Shown: piece by piece, positions 9,514 to 18,708 of the stretch
How positions within the stretch are numbered: position 1 is the stretch's first letter
Layout: every line of letters starts with the position of its first letter
Assembly (NCBI RefSeq): GCF_000253055.1
Contig: NC_016070.1
Location: 1,470,001-1,502,000 of the forward strand
Source of the DNA: Thermoproteus tenax Kra 1
GTDB taxonomy: Archaea; Thermoproteota; Thermoprotei; Thermoproteales; Thermoproteaceae
Direction: 5' to 3'
Length of the DNA: 32,000 nt
Made by a program: the position numbers and the translations under genes
The notes under the pieces: model-generated
The model's database searches: none
Told to the model about the DNA's origin: nothing
The model's input: only the letters and a program-made list of their open reading frames with translations

Positions 9514-10347
9514 GTGTCTCTCAAGAGCTTGTTAAAGAACGTAATACCTGAGCCGTACCTCAGCATGGTCCCCTCCTCCTTCGAGATAATAGGGTCCAGG
9601 TCAGGTGCCATTGCTATAATAGAAATACCAGACGAACTAGACGCCTATAAACACGAGATAGCCGAGGCCATCAAGAGGATGAACAAGAACATAACCACGG
9701 TGCTGAGGAGGAGAGGACCCCGCTCTGGTCCCTACAGGCTCTACAACTACGAAGTATTAATTGAAGGCCCCACGGAGGTTCTCCATAAAGAGCACGGGTA
9801 CTATATCAAGGTGGATCCCACTAAGGTGTACTTTTCGTCCAGAGATCAGACAGATCGGGCGGAGATCTCGGAGATGGTCCGCGAGGGCGAGAAGATATTG
9901 TACCTTTTCGCAGGTGCTGGGCCCTATGCGGTGGCCATAGCGAAGAGGAAACATGTGAAGTGGATATATGCTGTTGAGATCAATCCCTGGGGATTTAAAT
10001 ATATGATTGATAATATAAAAATAAATAAATTAGATAATATTGTACCTATTAGAGCTGATGTATCATTATTTTGTAAAAATTTTTATGAGAAAGTCAATAG
10101 AATTATTATGACATTGCCTTTAGGGGCCCACAAGTACTTGGACCTAGCGCTGGCATGCGCTGAGGACGGAGGCTTTATCCACTTCTATCACACAGGACCT
10201 GAAGAGGAGCCGTTCCGTGAGGCCGAAGAGCTCTTGAAATCAGTGTGTCCCTATTGCGTTGTGATCAACAAGAGGATCGTTAGAGATTATGCACCGCATG
10301 TGTATAAGGTGAGAATAGACGTTCTTCTGAAGAGGCGGGCGACTTAG
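9514..10347 (+). CDS. trm5: Class I SAM methyltransferase, Trm5/TYW2-like tRNA (guanine-37) methyltransferase
   Basis: 277 aa; ..[75 protein letters not shown]... [18 protein letters not shown] start. Confidence 0.85.
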   Translation: MSLKSLLKNVIPEPYLSMVPSSFEIIGSRSGAIAIIEIPDELDAYKHEIAEAIKRMNKNITTVLRRRGPRSGPYRLYNYEVLIEGPTEVLHKEHGYYIKVDPTKVYFSSRDQTDRAEISEMVREGEKILYLFAGAGPYAVAIAKRKHVKWIYAVEINPWGFKYMIDNIKINKLDNIVPIRADVSLFCKNFYEKVNRIIMTLPLGAHKYLDLALACAEDGGFIHFYHTGPEEEPFREAEELLKSVCPYCVVINKRIVRDYAPHVYKVRIDVLLKRRAT

Positions 10348-10380
10348 TCGCCGCGCTCGGGGTAAAAACAAGTCCGTGTG

Positions 10381-10851
10381 CTAGAAGAATCTAGGCGTCT
10401 CTTGCCCTCCCCTCCTCCTGCCCCCTTCTGGCCCCTGTCCGCCGCTCCTCTGCATTATATATAGGGTCATGACCTCTGGCACTCTGCCCTCCTTGGCGTA
10501 TTTAGCCAGTAGATCGCGATATTCTGATGTATGCTCTATATCCACTTGGATAAACTTAACTGCCACTTCGCGGAGCATGCTCTCGAGCCTTCTGAGCATG
10601 TCCAACGGCATTATCGCTGTGACTAACGGATTGCTGAGCCATGACTCAAAGTCCTTCAGGACACGGCCTATGTAGCCCAGCATGGCTTGTGCTGAGTAGA
10701 GCAAGGTAAGCCTGTCGGCCACCTCCATGCCCTTTCCGTGAGCCTCAAGGTCGTTTATTATCCGTTGTTGTTCTTTGACCCACTGCTCTAGCCGCTCCAT
10801 CATGCTCTCCAAGTAGTCCATGATGGGCTCAGTCGCAGGAACATCCGACAT
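10381..10851 (-). CDS. Conserved archaeal helical protein, possibly DUF2153 family
   Basis: 156 aa; MSDVPATEPIMDYLESMMERLEQWVKEQQRIINDLEAHGKGMEVADRLTLLYSAQAMLGYI..; family name from memory. Confidence 0.65.
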   Translation of the reverse strand: MSDVPATEPIMDYLESMMERLEQWVKEQQRIINDLEAHGKGMEVADRLTLLYSAQAMLGYIGRVLKDFESWLSNPLVTAIMPLDMLRRLESMLREVAVKFIQVDIEHTSEYRDLLAKYAKEGRVPEVMTLYIMQRSGGQGPEGGRRRGGQETPRFF

Positions 10852-10916
10852 AGGCCTATCATCGTCAGTTATTAATAAAGTTATGCTAACAGGGCCGTCT
10901 GCCTACGTCCTCGGCC

Positions 10917-12509
10917 CTATAATGCCAGGGAGATCGCTAGAGGGAGGACGAAGAGATATATCACCATAATAATACTGAGCTTCCTATAGCTCTCAACGAG
11001 GCTCCTTATTCGTTTAAAATTCTCGCCGAACACGTTCACAGAGACCTCGACGGATCTATATGTCCCCCGCCATTTGCCCATATTGCGTAGCGCTGAGCTC
11101 ACAGCTCTATCTATGAGCTTGAGTATATCATCATGTTTTATGTTTGATCCAACGGCCTTATAACCTCCGCCTATGCCCGCACGCGTTGACGCGTGGGTGT
11201 CTGTCGTGACAACCTCGACGACATCGAAAGTTCCCTTGTATTTTTCAACGATCTTCTCGTATAACCTAGAAACAATATTGTTTCCGTCGACGATGATCAG
11301 AAGGCTACGTATGCCATCACACTCGCTTATAATAGCCCCAATGCCGCCTGCGCCCAACTCCAGACGGAGAGGATCTACGTACGTTGTATCATGTCTCCCG
11401 AAGCCTATGGCGAAGTGGGAACATGAGTCAAGAGAGGCTCTCAACAAGGCCTCTTGTAGTGAGGCGACGTCCTCCTCGGTCCAGCGTAGTTCTCCCTCGA
11501 ACTTGTTCTGGGCATCTACTAAGACATGACCGTTAGTCTCAACCCTCTTGGCAACCTCCAGCGGAATATCGTCTGAGGCCGATCTGACCCTAGAAATTAT
11601 CGCGAGCGGCGGACCTATACCAAGAGAGAACGACGTAAGCTTTACATCGTTTATTTCTATTTTCTTGGGCTTGTATCCCTCGGAGACTGGGCGCACCTCC
11701 GCCGAGGAGGCTGCAGTAAAGACTCCCTCTACGATCTTATCTACGTCTTCGTTAGACACGGGATCCCTCTCGTGACCCCCCACTCCATGCATAAATAAGA
11801 CATTGAGGCCCTCGTGGAGACCTCTCGTGACTAGTCTCTCCACGAGAGTCCCCCCTCCTATGCCTCTGAAGGGACCAGGGTGGAATTCTGATACGACAAC
11901 TAGATATTTGTCTACGTTATTTTCCATAAGATATAGATGCATTTTTCCGGTATCTTTTACTCCAAGAGGCTTAAAGATGTGGTCGAACATGCCCTCTACA
12001 GACACCGATGAGTAGAGGAAGCTGTTAAGCATACACAGAGCATCACTTCCCTTAACTCTGCTCGAGAGATATGTCTTTACGAGCGGCGTGGCCATGGCGT
12101 ATGCAAGCGATGCGCCGGCCAGCGCATAATCGTTCTGGAGGAAGTAATATAGGGAGACCGCCGGTATGGGGATCAGGTACAGCTTACTATCGCACCGCAA
12201 AGCCATGGAGACTGAGGAGGCCAGGACAGCTGCCACCAATACGTAGTGGAGCGGAGGCCTTTGAGTCAGAAGGTCGAACAACGCCGTTATGCCCAGAGAG
12301 AAAGACGTGGCTTGGAAGACGCCTACTTTGCTCCAGACTTTATGGCCGGTCCAGAAATAGAAGGCGTACAGTGCTGCGAAAGCCAATAGGTACACAGGAG
12401 CCTTTTTCGCTACCATGGCCAATAAGATGAGGACGGCCAAGATGTAGGAGAGAAGCTTCGGAGCCTCGCGGAATAGATCGCTATATGCCTTTTCAAAGAC
12501 GCGACTCAT
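10917..12509 (-). CDS. DUF2070 family membrane protein
   Basis: 530 aa; about 6 TM segments then ..LYLMENNVDKYLVVVSEFHPGPFRGIGGGTLVERL.. DTHASTRAGIGGGYKAVG.., C-terminal TM. Confidence 0.85.
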   Translation of the reverse strand: MSRVFEKAYSDLFREAPKLLSYILAVLILLAMVAKKAPVYLLAFAALYAFYFWTGHKVWSKVGVFQATSFSLGITALFDLLTQRPPLHYVLVAAVLASSVSMALRCDSKLYLIPIPAVSLYYFLQNDYALAGASLAYAMATPLVKTYLSSRVKGSDALCMLNSFLYSSVSVEGMFDHIFKPLGVKDTGKMHLYLMENNVDKYLVVVSEFHPGPFRGIGGGTLVERLVTRGLHEGLNVLFMHGVGGHERDPVSNEDVDKIVEGVFTAASSAEVRPVSEGYKPKKIEINDVKLTSFSLGIGPPLAIISRVRSASDDIPLEVAKRVETNGHVLVDAQNKFEGELRWTEEDVASLQEALLRASLDSCSHFAIGFGRHDTTYVDPLRLELGAGGIGAIISECDGIRSLLIIVDGNNIVSRLYEKIVEKYKGTFDVVEVVTTDTHASTRAGIGGGYKAVGSNIKHDDILKLIDRAVSSALRNMGKWRGTYRSVEVSVNVFGENFKRIRSLVESYRKLSIIMVIYLFVLPLAISLAL

Positions 12510-13378
12510 AGGCTCTCTATATATGAACGAATAGACATAGAGTAAGAATGAGTATATATATATTTACTTAGAAATTGATTATATCTAGGAAATCTATATA
12601 TATATATCACACCATTTACATCATCAAATACAATGTAGCCTGCTGAGGAGATCTCAAGCTCCCCCATTCTATTTACAACACGTCTGTGGATCTTGTGATC
12701 TACGTAGGGATGGAGAAGTATAACGTAATCTAGCCCATACTTCATGTAGTCTTCGATCGCCGAGAAGCCCATGTGGACGGTCCTTCTTATATCAACATAA
12801 TGTATGCCTAATATTGTTTTATCAAAGAATTTAACTAAAATATCTATTTGAGTATTATATTTATTAATTAATTGAGGTATATAAGTTATTTTAGTGATAA
12901 CTTTCTCGATCTTTCCTCCGAAAAAATAACTTGCTGAAGTGAGATACATCGCCAAGCTCTCTACTACATCGCCTGCGCTCTCCACATCGGGCAACCCGAC
13001 GATATAGGGCCTTTTGATCTGTTGCTCCTCGACCTCCACAGGCAGATGATCCACAATTTGCTCTCGCAAGACAGTATAGGGGATATAGATGTAGCCATCT
13101 ATGTTGGCGGCCATGTCTGCCTTGACCAGCTGGGCCGCTGATAGGCAGATGCCCTCCCCCTTGGAACAGTCCAGTATTAGACTACCGGAGAGAAAGCCAT
13201 AGACGGAGGCCTTCACGCCGTTGTTCCTGAGTTGTAACAGGAAACGCGCCGACTCACTAGGGATCTCCAAAATCCTCTTGAGTATCCGTTCGCTGGGGTA
13301 ACGCGAGCTCGCCGCTTCGGCCTCGCCTCTGTGGTCTATGGACCTACAAGCCAGCTTAACGGCGCAGAGCAGATCCAC
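12506..13378 (-). CDS. Hypothetical protein, 290 aa, coupled to the DUF2070 gene
   Basis: GTG start 13378 with a TATA-like box (TTTTATTA) about 21 nt upstream; 3' end overlaps the DUF2070 start by 4 nt (ATGA). Confidence 0.72.
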   Translation of the reverse strand: MDLLCAVKLACRSIDHRGEAEAASSRYPSERILKRILEIPSESARFLLQLRNNGVKASVYGFLSGSLILDCSKGEGICLSAAQLVKADMAANIDGYIYIPYTVLREQIVDHLPVEVEEQQIKRPYIVGLPDVESAGDVVESLAMYLTSASYFFGGKIEKVITKITYIPQLINKYNTQIDILVKFFDKTILGIHYVDIRRTVHMGFSAIEDYMKYGLDYVILLHPYVDHKIHRRVVNRMGELEISSAGYIVFDDVNGVIYIYRFPRYNQFLSKYIYTHSYSMSIRSYIESL

Positions 13379-13464
13379 GGCAACAACACAACTATAATAA
13401 AATTACTCAGCTTACCGAGTTCTCGTCAACGATCATGCCGGGGATAACTCATCACGAGGAGGCA

Positions 13465-14082
13465 CTAGAGATACTTTAAAAGCCCTTTATCGGGCGGCCC
13501 GCCCAGAAACTTTCCCAAGTCGCCCTCTAAGCTGCGCCTCAGCCTCGGATTATATAGGGCCGCGGCGGGGTGATAGGTCACACATATTGTGGTCTCTACG
13601 TCGTCTATCTTGCCGCGGAAGCACTCGCCCCTCACATCCTCTAACAGTCTCGGCGTCTTGATGTTAGCCAAGCTGAGCAACGTCCTTGCGCTGTAGAGGC
13701 CCAGGGCAATTATCAGACGGGGTCTTATCGCCTTTATCTGTCGTACAAGATAGGGCAAACATGCCTTTATTTCATCTTCAAGGGGTTCTCGATTATTGGG
13801 TGGCCTACACTTAACAACATTCGTTATAAAGACGTCCCTCGACCTCTCAATGCCATTCTTTGATAGTATCTCTGTGAGGAGTCTCCCTGCGGCTCCCACG
13901 AATGGTCTCCCCTCCTCGTCCTCACGTCTGCCCGGCGCCTCTCCCACAATCACAATGCCTCTTTCGGCAGAGCCCTCGCCGGGGACGGCCCTCTTCCTCA
14001 TCAAATGAAGCCTGCACTTGGTGCAAGCGGCGACCTCTTGGGCTATTGCCCAAAGCTCCTTAGCAATATCCCGGTCATCCAC
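13465..14082 (-). CDS. udg: Type-4 (Fe-S) uracil-DNA glycosylase
   Basis: ..VAACTKCRLHLMRKRAVPGEGSAERGIVIVGEAPGRREDEEGRPFVGAAGRLLTEIL.. VFITNVVKCRPPNNREPLEDEIKAC..TYHPAAAL. GTG start 14082 rather than track start 14160. Confidence 0.94.
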   Translation of the reverse strand: MDDRDIAKELWAIAQEVAACTKCRLHLMRKRAVPGEGSAERGIVIVGEAPGRREDEEGRPFVGAAGRLLTEILSKNGIERSRDVFITNVVKCRPPNNREPLEDEIKACLPYLVRQIKAIRPRLIIALGLYSARTLLSLANIKTPRLLEDVRGECFRGKIDDVETTICVTYHPAAALYNPRLRRSLEGDLGKFLGGPPDKGLLKYL

Positions 14083-14101
14083 AACAACTTGACCACTGGC
14101 C

Positions 14102-14110
14102 TTTTTATTT
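14102..14110. promoter_or_regulatory. Single TATA-like box centred between divergent starts 14082(-) and 14128(+)
   Basis: TTTTTATTT, centre 14106; midpoint of the starts is 14105. Confidence 0.55.
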
Positions 14111-14127
14111 GAGTTGCCCAGAATAGC

Positions 14128-14784
14128 GTGTTTTGGCGGTTGTTCTCTCCGCAGAAACAACAGGATCTGCCCAAGGTAAGAGACAAGCCAGTATACATCG
14201 GCGGTCTGTTGTTCTTAGGCGTTGCAGAGAGCGGCGAGTTCGATCTGCGTAAGCATAAGCTGATATCGATATACTTAAAAGATAATTCTGGAAAAACATA
14301 CAAAATAGATACAAGCAATATAAAGGTGAAGATAAGTAGAGAGAGCATCGATCTCGACATATCGGCAGTTCCCAAGTTTTTCGAAATAAAGATGCAGGAG
14401 CTCAACTCGATAGTCAACCAGCTTAGGAAGGAGAGGGACGAGATAGAGGGTTCATATAAGAAGTTGGAGGAGGCCCTCATAAAGGGCGTCATCAGCCTCC
14501 AGACCTACGAGGACTCAAGGAGACGTATAGCAGAGAAGGAGAAGAGGCTTTTCGCCTCATGCGCCGAGGCTGAAAAGAGCTTCATAGGGATCAGCGAGGC
14601 GCTGAAGCGTCTTTTAAACGACGTAGAGAGCCAAAGGGAGGCGTTGGAGGCCAAGAGGTTGTTGGACAGACTGGACAAAGGGGAAGAGGAGACGCTGAAC
14701 AGCCTAATCACACTGAGATCCACCATTATATCCATTGAACAGATGTTGAACACAATGTTGTTGCATCTGCGGTTAGTGTGCTAG
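14128..14784 (+). CDS. CdvA-like coiled-coil protein with N-terminal beta (PRC-barrel-like) region
   Basis: 218 aa; LLFLG..ISIYLKDNSGKTYKIDTSNIKVKISRESIDLD followed by KLEEALIKGVISLQTYEDSRRRIAEKEKRLFASCAEAEKSFIGISEALKRLLNDVESQ. Layout resembles Sulfolobus CdvA; similarity judged by eye only. Confidence 0.5.
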   Translation: MFWRLFSPQKQQDLPKVRDKPVYIGGLLFLGVAESGEFDLRKHKLISIYLKDNSGKTYKIDTSNIKVKISRESIDLDISAVPKFFEIKMQELNSIVNQLRKERDEIEGSYKKLEEALIKGVISLQTYEDSRRRIAEKEKRLFASCAEAEKSFIGISEALKRLLNDVESQREALEAKRLLDRLDKGEEETLNSLITLRSTIISIEQMLNTMLLHLRLVC

Positions 14785-14793
14785 AGGGCCGAT

Positions 14794-15000
14794 TCAGTCG
14801 GCTATATCTATGCCCGTGAACTCCGTGGGCTGCGCGAGGCGTCCCTCCTCGCTGTAGAACCCCAAGATCTTGTGCTCTCGGTTCGTCTTACACCTCTTAC
14901 AGTAGAGGTATATCTTTCCCCTGAAAACCGTGAGGTTGAAGCCGACGTCTAATATGCGCTCATTGCCACAAACAGAACATTGGATAAGCCACTTAGTCAT
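14794..15000 (-). CDS. Small zinc-ribbon protein
   Basis: 68 aa; CSVCGNERILDVG...YCKRCKTNREH; ATG(A)-type overlap with the next gene upstream (14997). Confidence 0.75.
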   Translation of the reverse strand: MTKWLIQCSVCGNERILDVGFNLTVFRGKIYLYCKRCKTNREHKILGFYSEEGRLAQPTEFTGIDIAD

Positions 15001-15872
15001 CTCTTGATATTGCTTATGTAATCTACTATGTACTGCGCCGGGTTGACTCCCGTGCTCGACTTAAAGCCTCGCCAGTCAGGCGAGGCGTTCACCTCGAACA
15101 CGACGTATCCATCCCTCGTTTCGCCGATGTCGACGCCTGAGTACACAAGGCCGAGCGCCCTAGTGGCCCGTATCGCTATATCCTCCAAGTCCGGCGTCGG
15201 CTTGCAGGGCTCCGCCCTGGCGCCCTGTGCTATGTTCGTCTTCCATATGTTGGATATTCTGTACATACACCCGATGACGCGTCCGTCCACTACGATGGCC
15301 CTAATATCTCTGTTGGGCTTCTGGACGTACTTCTGCACATAGAGCGGATTATGGGTCAACAGAAGCGTCCTCATGACTTGAAATGCCAGATCAGGGTCCG
15401 AGAAGAGCATAGCCCCGAAGCCTCTACTACCCTGTATTGGCTTGATCACAACAGTCTCCAGAGATTTCACAGCGTTATAAGCGTAGTAGAGATCCTCGGT
15501 CACTATCGTCGGTGGCACCGGTACCTTGGATCTGCTCAATATATAGAGGCTCTTCAGCTTATCTCTTGACGCCAACAGACTTCTCACGGGGTTTATCGCA
15601 ACGGCCCCTTCTCCCTCCAGGATCTCAAGTGTAGTGACCCGCCTTATCATAGTATTGGCATCTAATAGAAACCCGATGCCTCGTATCACCACTACGTCGG
15701 GCCTCAGCGGACCCCTCCTTGTCTCAACGTACACTCCATCGGAGTCTATCTTTATTGAGAGTCGCTGTATGGGCACATATCTCTGGGGGATCCCCCGTCT
15801 CTTGAGCTCTAAAATTATATCGCGAGTCGGCTCATCGGGAATCTGGGACTCGGCTACAACAATAGTCTCCAC
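14997..15872 (-). CDS. ATP-grasp ligase, RimK/LysX-like
   Basis: ..INPVRSLLASRDKLKSLYILSRSKVPVPPTIVTEDLYYAYNAVKSLETVVIKPIQGSRGFG..QKYVQKPNRDIRAIVVDGRVIG..VFEVNASPDWRGF. GTG start 15872 rather than track start 15932. Confidence 0.88.
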   Translation of the reverse strand: METIVVAESQIPDEPTRDIILELKRRGIPQRYVPIQRLSIKIDSDGVYVETRRGPLRPDVVVIRGIGFLLDANTMIRRVTTLEILEGEGAVAINPVRSLLASRDKLKSLYILSRSKVPVPPTIVTEDLYYAYNAVKSLETVVIKPIQGSRGFGAMLFSDPDLAFQVMRTLLLTHNPLYVQKYVQKPNRDIRAIVVDGRVIGCMYRISNIWKTNIAQGARAEPCKPTPDLEDIAIRATRALGLVYSGVDIGETRDGYVVFEVNASPDWRGFKSSTGVNPAQYIVDYISNIKR

Positions 15873-15890
15873 GGGCGGGCCCACACTCAG

Positions 15891-15899
15891 TTTATAAAA
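15891..15899. promoter_or_regulatory. Single near-palindromic TATA box between divergent starts 15872(-) and 15918(+)
   Basis: TTTATAAAA, centre and midpoint of the starts both 15895. Confidence 0.6.
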
Positions 15900-15917
15900 C
15901 AATGAAGCCGTGTTCTC

Positions 15918-16484
15918 GTGAGGCTGAGGCAATCCAGCGCCGTGTCCATGTGCCCATCGTGCGGTTTCGCCATGCCTGGTCTCGATATATGCGGGCTGAC
16001 CAATACGTGCGTTGAGTGCGCCAGAAGAGCCTTGAGGAATATCTGCGAGACTTGTCCCGACAAAGCCAGTTGCGATATAGCGTTGGAGGGCTTAAAGTTT
16101 GTAAAAAGTCTTGAGCCGCACCTAGACGTATATGTTGACGTCTCGAGACGGGTCATAGAGAAGGCCGAGCGCTACGGTCGGGCTAGAATAGCCACGGCCT
16201 TTATGAAGTCGACCATGGGCCTTATAAATGCCGCGAGAGGCTCGGACCCGAGCTCGGCCTTCCCCACGTGGGTGAAGTTGACCTTGAGGGCCTCGGCGGT
16301 GGCTAAGCTGATAAGAACGCCATATGTGATCTCCGAGGATTTCTACAGCGAGTTCAAGGCCCTCTGCAGAGAGTTCGGGTGTAGCGGGTTGGAGGTCCCG
16401 TTGTCCAATCTATTGGTGGCTCTAATAAGTCTCTCCCTCATAGAGAAGCAAGAGGACCCCTCGGCCTATTTTAACTACGCCTAA
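15918..16484 (+). CDS. Hypothetical Cys-rich protein
   Basis: 188 aa; MCPSCGFAMPGLDICGLTNTCVECARRALRNICETCPDKASCD; GTG start 15918 (ATG 15948 possible). Confidence 0.7.
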   Translation: MRLRQSSAVSMCPSCGFAMPGLDICGLTNTCVECARRALRNICETCPDKASCDIALEGLKFVKSLEPHLDVYVDVSRRVIEKAERYGRARIATAFMKSTMGLINAARGSDPSSAFPTWVKLTLRASAVAKLIRTPYVISEDFYSEFKALCREFGCSGLEVPLSNLLVALISLSLIEKQEDPSAYFNYA

Positions 16485-17019
16485 TGGGCCTAGGGGCGTA
16501 GTAGGCGAAGAGAGCCTTTAAGACGCCCCTGGCCAATATGTAAAATATTAATGATATTAGCAATAACGCTAGGTACGCCCCGAAACCTGCATACACTTGC
16601 ATATGTAAATTAGCCAAACATGCAGGCAACGAGGCAACCGATGTAGTGACAGCTTGGCATATTTCATTGAGGATAGGGTCTATGAGCGGAGTTATCGCTG
16701 AGGCTGAAACAACAAGCGATATTGTAGCCAGAGCGACAGCGCCGTTTAACAACTTGTTGGCCGAGCCATACTCGCCCCTCATGACGCCCGATTTAGAGAG
16801 ATATCCCGATACTGCTGAGAATATAGATGTAAGGAACGAGGCTATCAACATAACGTTGGGCAATTCGCCGAAGATAAAGTAGCTGGGCAAGCCCAGGCCG
16901 ATATATACTGAGATGCCCAAGACCGAGGCGACAATCGACAATAAGACGGCGCTCCAGATACGCTTGCTGTATTGGGCCCGCCTATCCTCTATCTCCTTGA
17001 GGGTTCTGGCGCGGCTCAT
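16471..17019 (-). CDS. Hypothetical membrane protein (about 4 TM)
   Basis: 182 aa with hydrophobic segments IWSAVLLSIVASVLGISVYIG.., NVMLIASFLTSIFSAVSGYL, LLNGAVALATISLVVSASAI, GFGAYLALLLISLIFYILARG. Confidence 0.75.
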   Translation of the reverse strand: MSRARTLKEIEDRRAQYSKRIWSAVLLSIVASVLGISVYIGLGLPSYFIFGELPNVMLIASFLTSIFSAVSGYLSKSGVMRGEYGSANKLLNGAVALATISLVVSASAITPLIDPILNEICQAVTTSVASLPACLANLHMQVYAGFGAYLALLLISLIFYILARGVLKALFAYYAPRPIRRS

Positions 17020-17186
17020 CTGAGATAGACCACCTCTCTAATTTTTACTTTACAGTTAGGGCATATGAGCAACCTCTCAAGCACCCTCACGCCGCTCCCG
17101 TACTCTATCCTCATCACTTTGCTATCTTCCCTCATGGGTTTCCCACACGAGGGGCACAACATCAAGTATTCTAAATCCACTGACAC
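17016..17186 (-). CDS. Small zinc-ribbon protein, 56 aa (below the track size cutoff)
   Basis: VSVDLEYLMLCPSCGKPMREDSKVMRIEYGSGVRVLERLLICPNCKVKIREVVYLR; GTG start with a TATA-like box (TTTTTATTA, centre about 17209) 23 nt upstream; ATGA overlap with the downstream membrane gene. Confidence 0.7.
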   Translation of the reverse strand: MSVDLEYLMLCPSCGKPMREDSKVMRIEYGSGVRVLERLLICPNCKVKIREVVYLR

Positions 17187-17244
17187 TCAGCCTACGACAA
17201 CTCGTTAATAAAAAGATTCTTTAAATCGGGGAAATCCTACCAAC

Positions 17245-17661
17245 ATGGAGAAAGTTGAGATAGAGCGCTTAGTTGAAAGAATAAAGGCCGGCGAGAACTT
17301 GGAGGTGCAGGGCTATGAGGGCGACTATGCTCTAGTGGATAAGGTCAAGGGGATAGTGAAGGGCGAGATATCCAGCGACGAGCTATCGGATCTAAGGAAG
17401 AGAAAGCCGAGAGGAGGCCCCACTAAGGAGCAGCTCGAGATAGCGGGCAATATCGCCAGAGTTCTGGCTCAAAATAAGACGCCCTTCAAGGTCATATTCG
17501 GGCCCAAAGAGGTCACGATAAGGGTGGGCAAGGGGTTCATAAGGCTGACGACCGATGTAAGAATTGCTGGATTCTCAAGCCCGCACGAACATCCTCTACC
17601 TTTAATAATGGGCTTGCTCGGACAATACGGCGACGTTAAGTTTCTGAAGCCTCTTAAATAG
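17245..17661 (+). CDS. Hypothetical protein, 138 aa
   Basis: MEKVEIERLVERIKAGENLEVQGYEGDYALVDKVKGIVKGEIS...; TATA-like TTTAAAT about 22 nt upstream. Confidence 0.75.
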   Translation: MEKVEIERLVERIKAGENLEVQGYEGDYALVDKVKGIVKGEISSDELSDLRKRKPRGGPTKEQLEIAGNIARVLAQNKTPFKVIFGPKEVTIRVGKGFIRLTTDVRIAGFSSPHEHPLPLIMGLLGQYGDVKFLKPLK

Positions 17662-17696
17662 CCATGAGTTTTATATTGAGGTAAGGCAAAGCTCAA

Positions 17697-18410
17697 GTGA
17701 TCTCCTCAGTTTTGATATCGGAGAGATACCCTGAGCTCCCAATAAAGTTCAAGGAGAGGGAGATATGTGTGGCCGCCTCCAGAGAGGGCCCCCAGATAGC
17801 AGACAGGTGCCACGACGCCAGCTACTTAGTTGTAAAGCCCTATGAGGGCGTCCTTCAAGCGAAGGATTCGTTGGAGCCCTACGGGACAGGCGGGCGCGAG
17901 ATAGAGTTCATCGACTTCTATATGATTGACGGTCTCGGTATAAGCAGGTATAGGCTAGTCAACAAAGGTGGGCGCGTAAGCCAGAGGAGGCTCGTCGAGA
18001 TAGATCTGTTTCAAGGGTTTGTGAAATCGGGTTTATACGGAGAAGTAGAGAGAGCCTTCGAGAACTATCTGAGGGGCTATTCCTCAACTTGTATTTTCGG
18101 CTGTCTAGCCTCGCTGGCTCTGGCGGGCTTTTCGGAGAACATATACGACATAGTAAGGGGCATGTCCAAGCGCGGAAAGATCTTCTATTCTCCCGGAGTG
18201 GCCATATATTTAGACGTAAAGGGTAAAGTCAGCGCGATCGTCGAGATAGCATCTCCGGCATCCCACGTGGAGCTCTTTAGAGAGTTGGTAATGGAGTTCT
18301 TTAGAGAGTCGAGGGGGCTCCACTGGGCGTATATGGGCAGGCTGGCTGTCTCGCGCCCCTCGCTCTTCCTCGACATATTTATGCCGAGGGTCGTTGGCCG
18401 GCCTCCCTAG
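17697..18410 (+). CDS. Hypothetical protein, 237 aa
   Basis: GTG start with TTTTATATT upstream at leaderless spacing. Confidence 0.72.
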   Translation: MISSVLISERYPELPIKFKEREICVAASREGPQIADRCHDASYLVVKPYEGVLQAKDSLEPYGTGGREIEFIDFYMIDGLGISRYRLVNKGGRVSQRRLVEIDLFQGFVKSGLYGEVERAFENYLRGYSSTCIFGCLASLALAGFSENIYDIVRGMSKRGKIFYSPGVAIYLDVKGKVSAIVEIASPASHVELFRELVMEFFRESRGLHWAYMGRLAVSRPSLFLDIFMPRVVGRPP

Positions 18411-18708
18411 AGAATATGAGGTTAGAGCGTCCTTGTCTTCTGACTTCGACGAGTCCCCTCTCGGCGAGTCTCCTCACAGCCTTGTGGACAGTGCTCTTAG
18501 GCAAGCCTAGGTCTCTCACTATATCGCTCTGATAAGCCATACCGCCTCGCTCTCTTATGTATTGGAGTATCTGTCCATCTACATCAAAGGGAGACTCCTC
18601 CTCCTGCGTCTGTGCATTTTTTAACACTTTGAATATTCTTTTACGCCCCGTGAGGATAGCCCATATCAATATAGCGAGCTGTAGCGCAAACAATAGATAG
18701 CTCAACAT
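18379..18708 (-). CDS. Membrane-anchored winged-helix (MarR/ArsR-like) transcriptional regulator
   Basis: One N-terminal TM (MLSYLLFALQLAILIWAILTG) then DGQILQYIRERGGMAYQSDIVRDLGLPKSTVHKAVRRLAERGLVEVRRQGRSNLI. Listed as + in the track, but the CAT at 18706-18708 and TTA at 18379-18381 show it is on the - strand. Confidence 0.85.
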   Translation of the reverse strand: MLSYLLFALQLAILIWAILTGRKRIFKVLKNAQTQEEESPFDVDGQILQYIRERGGMAYQSDIVRDLGLPKSTVHKAVRRLAERGLVEVRRQGRSNLIFSREAGQRPSA

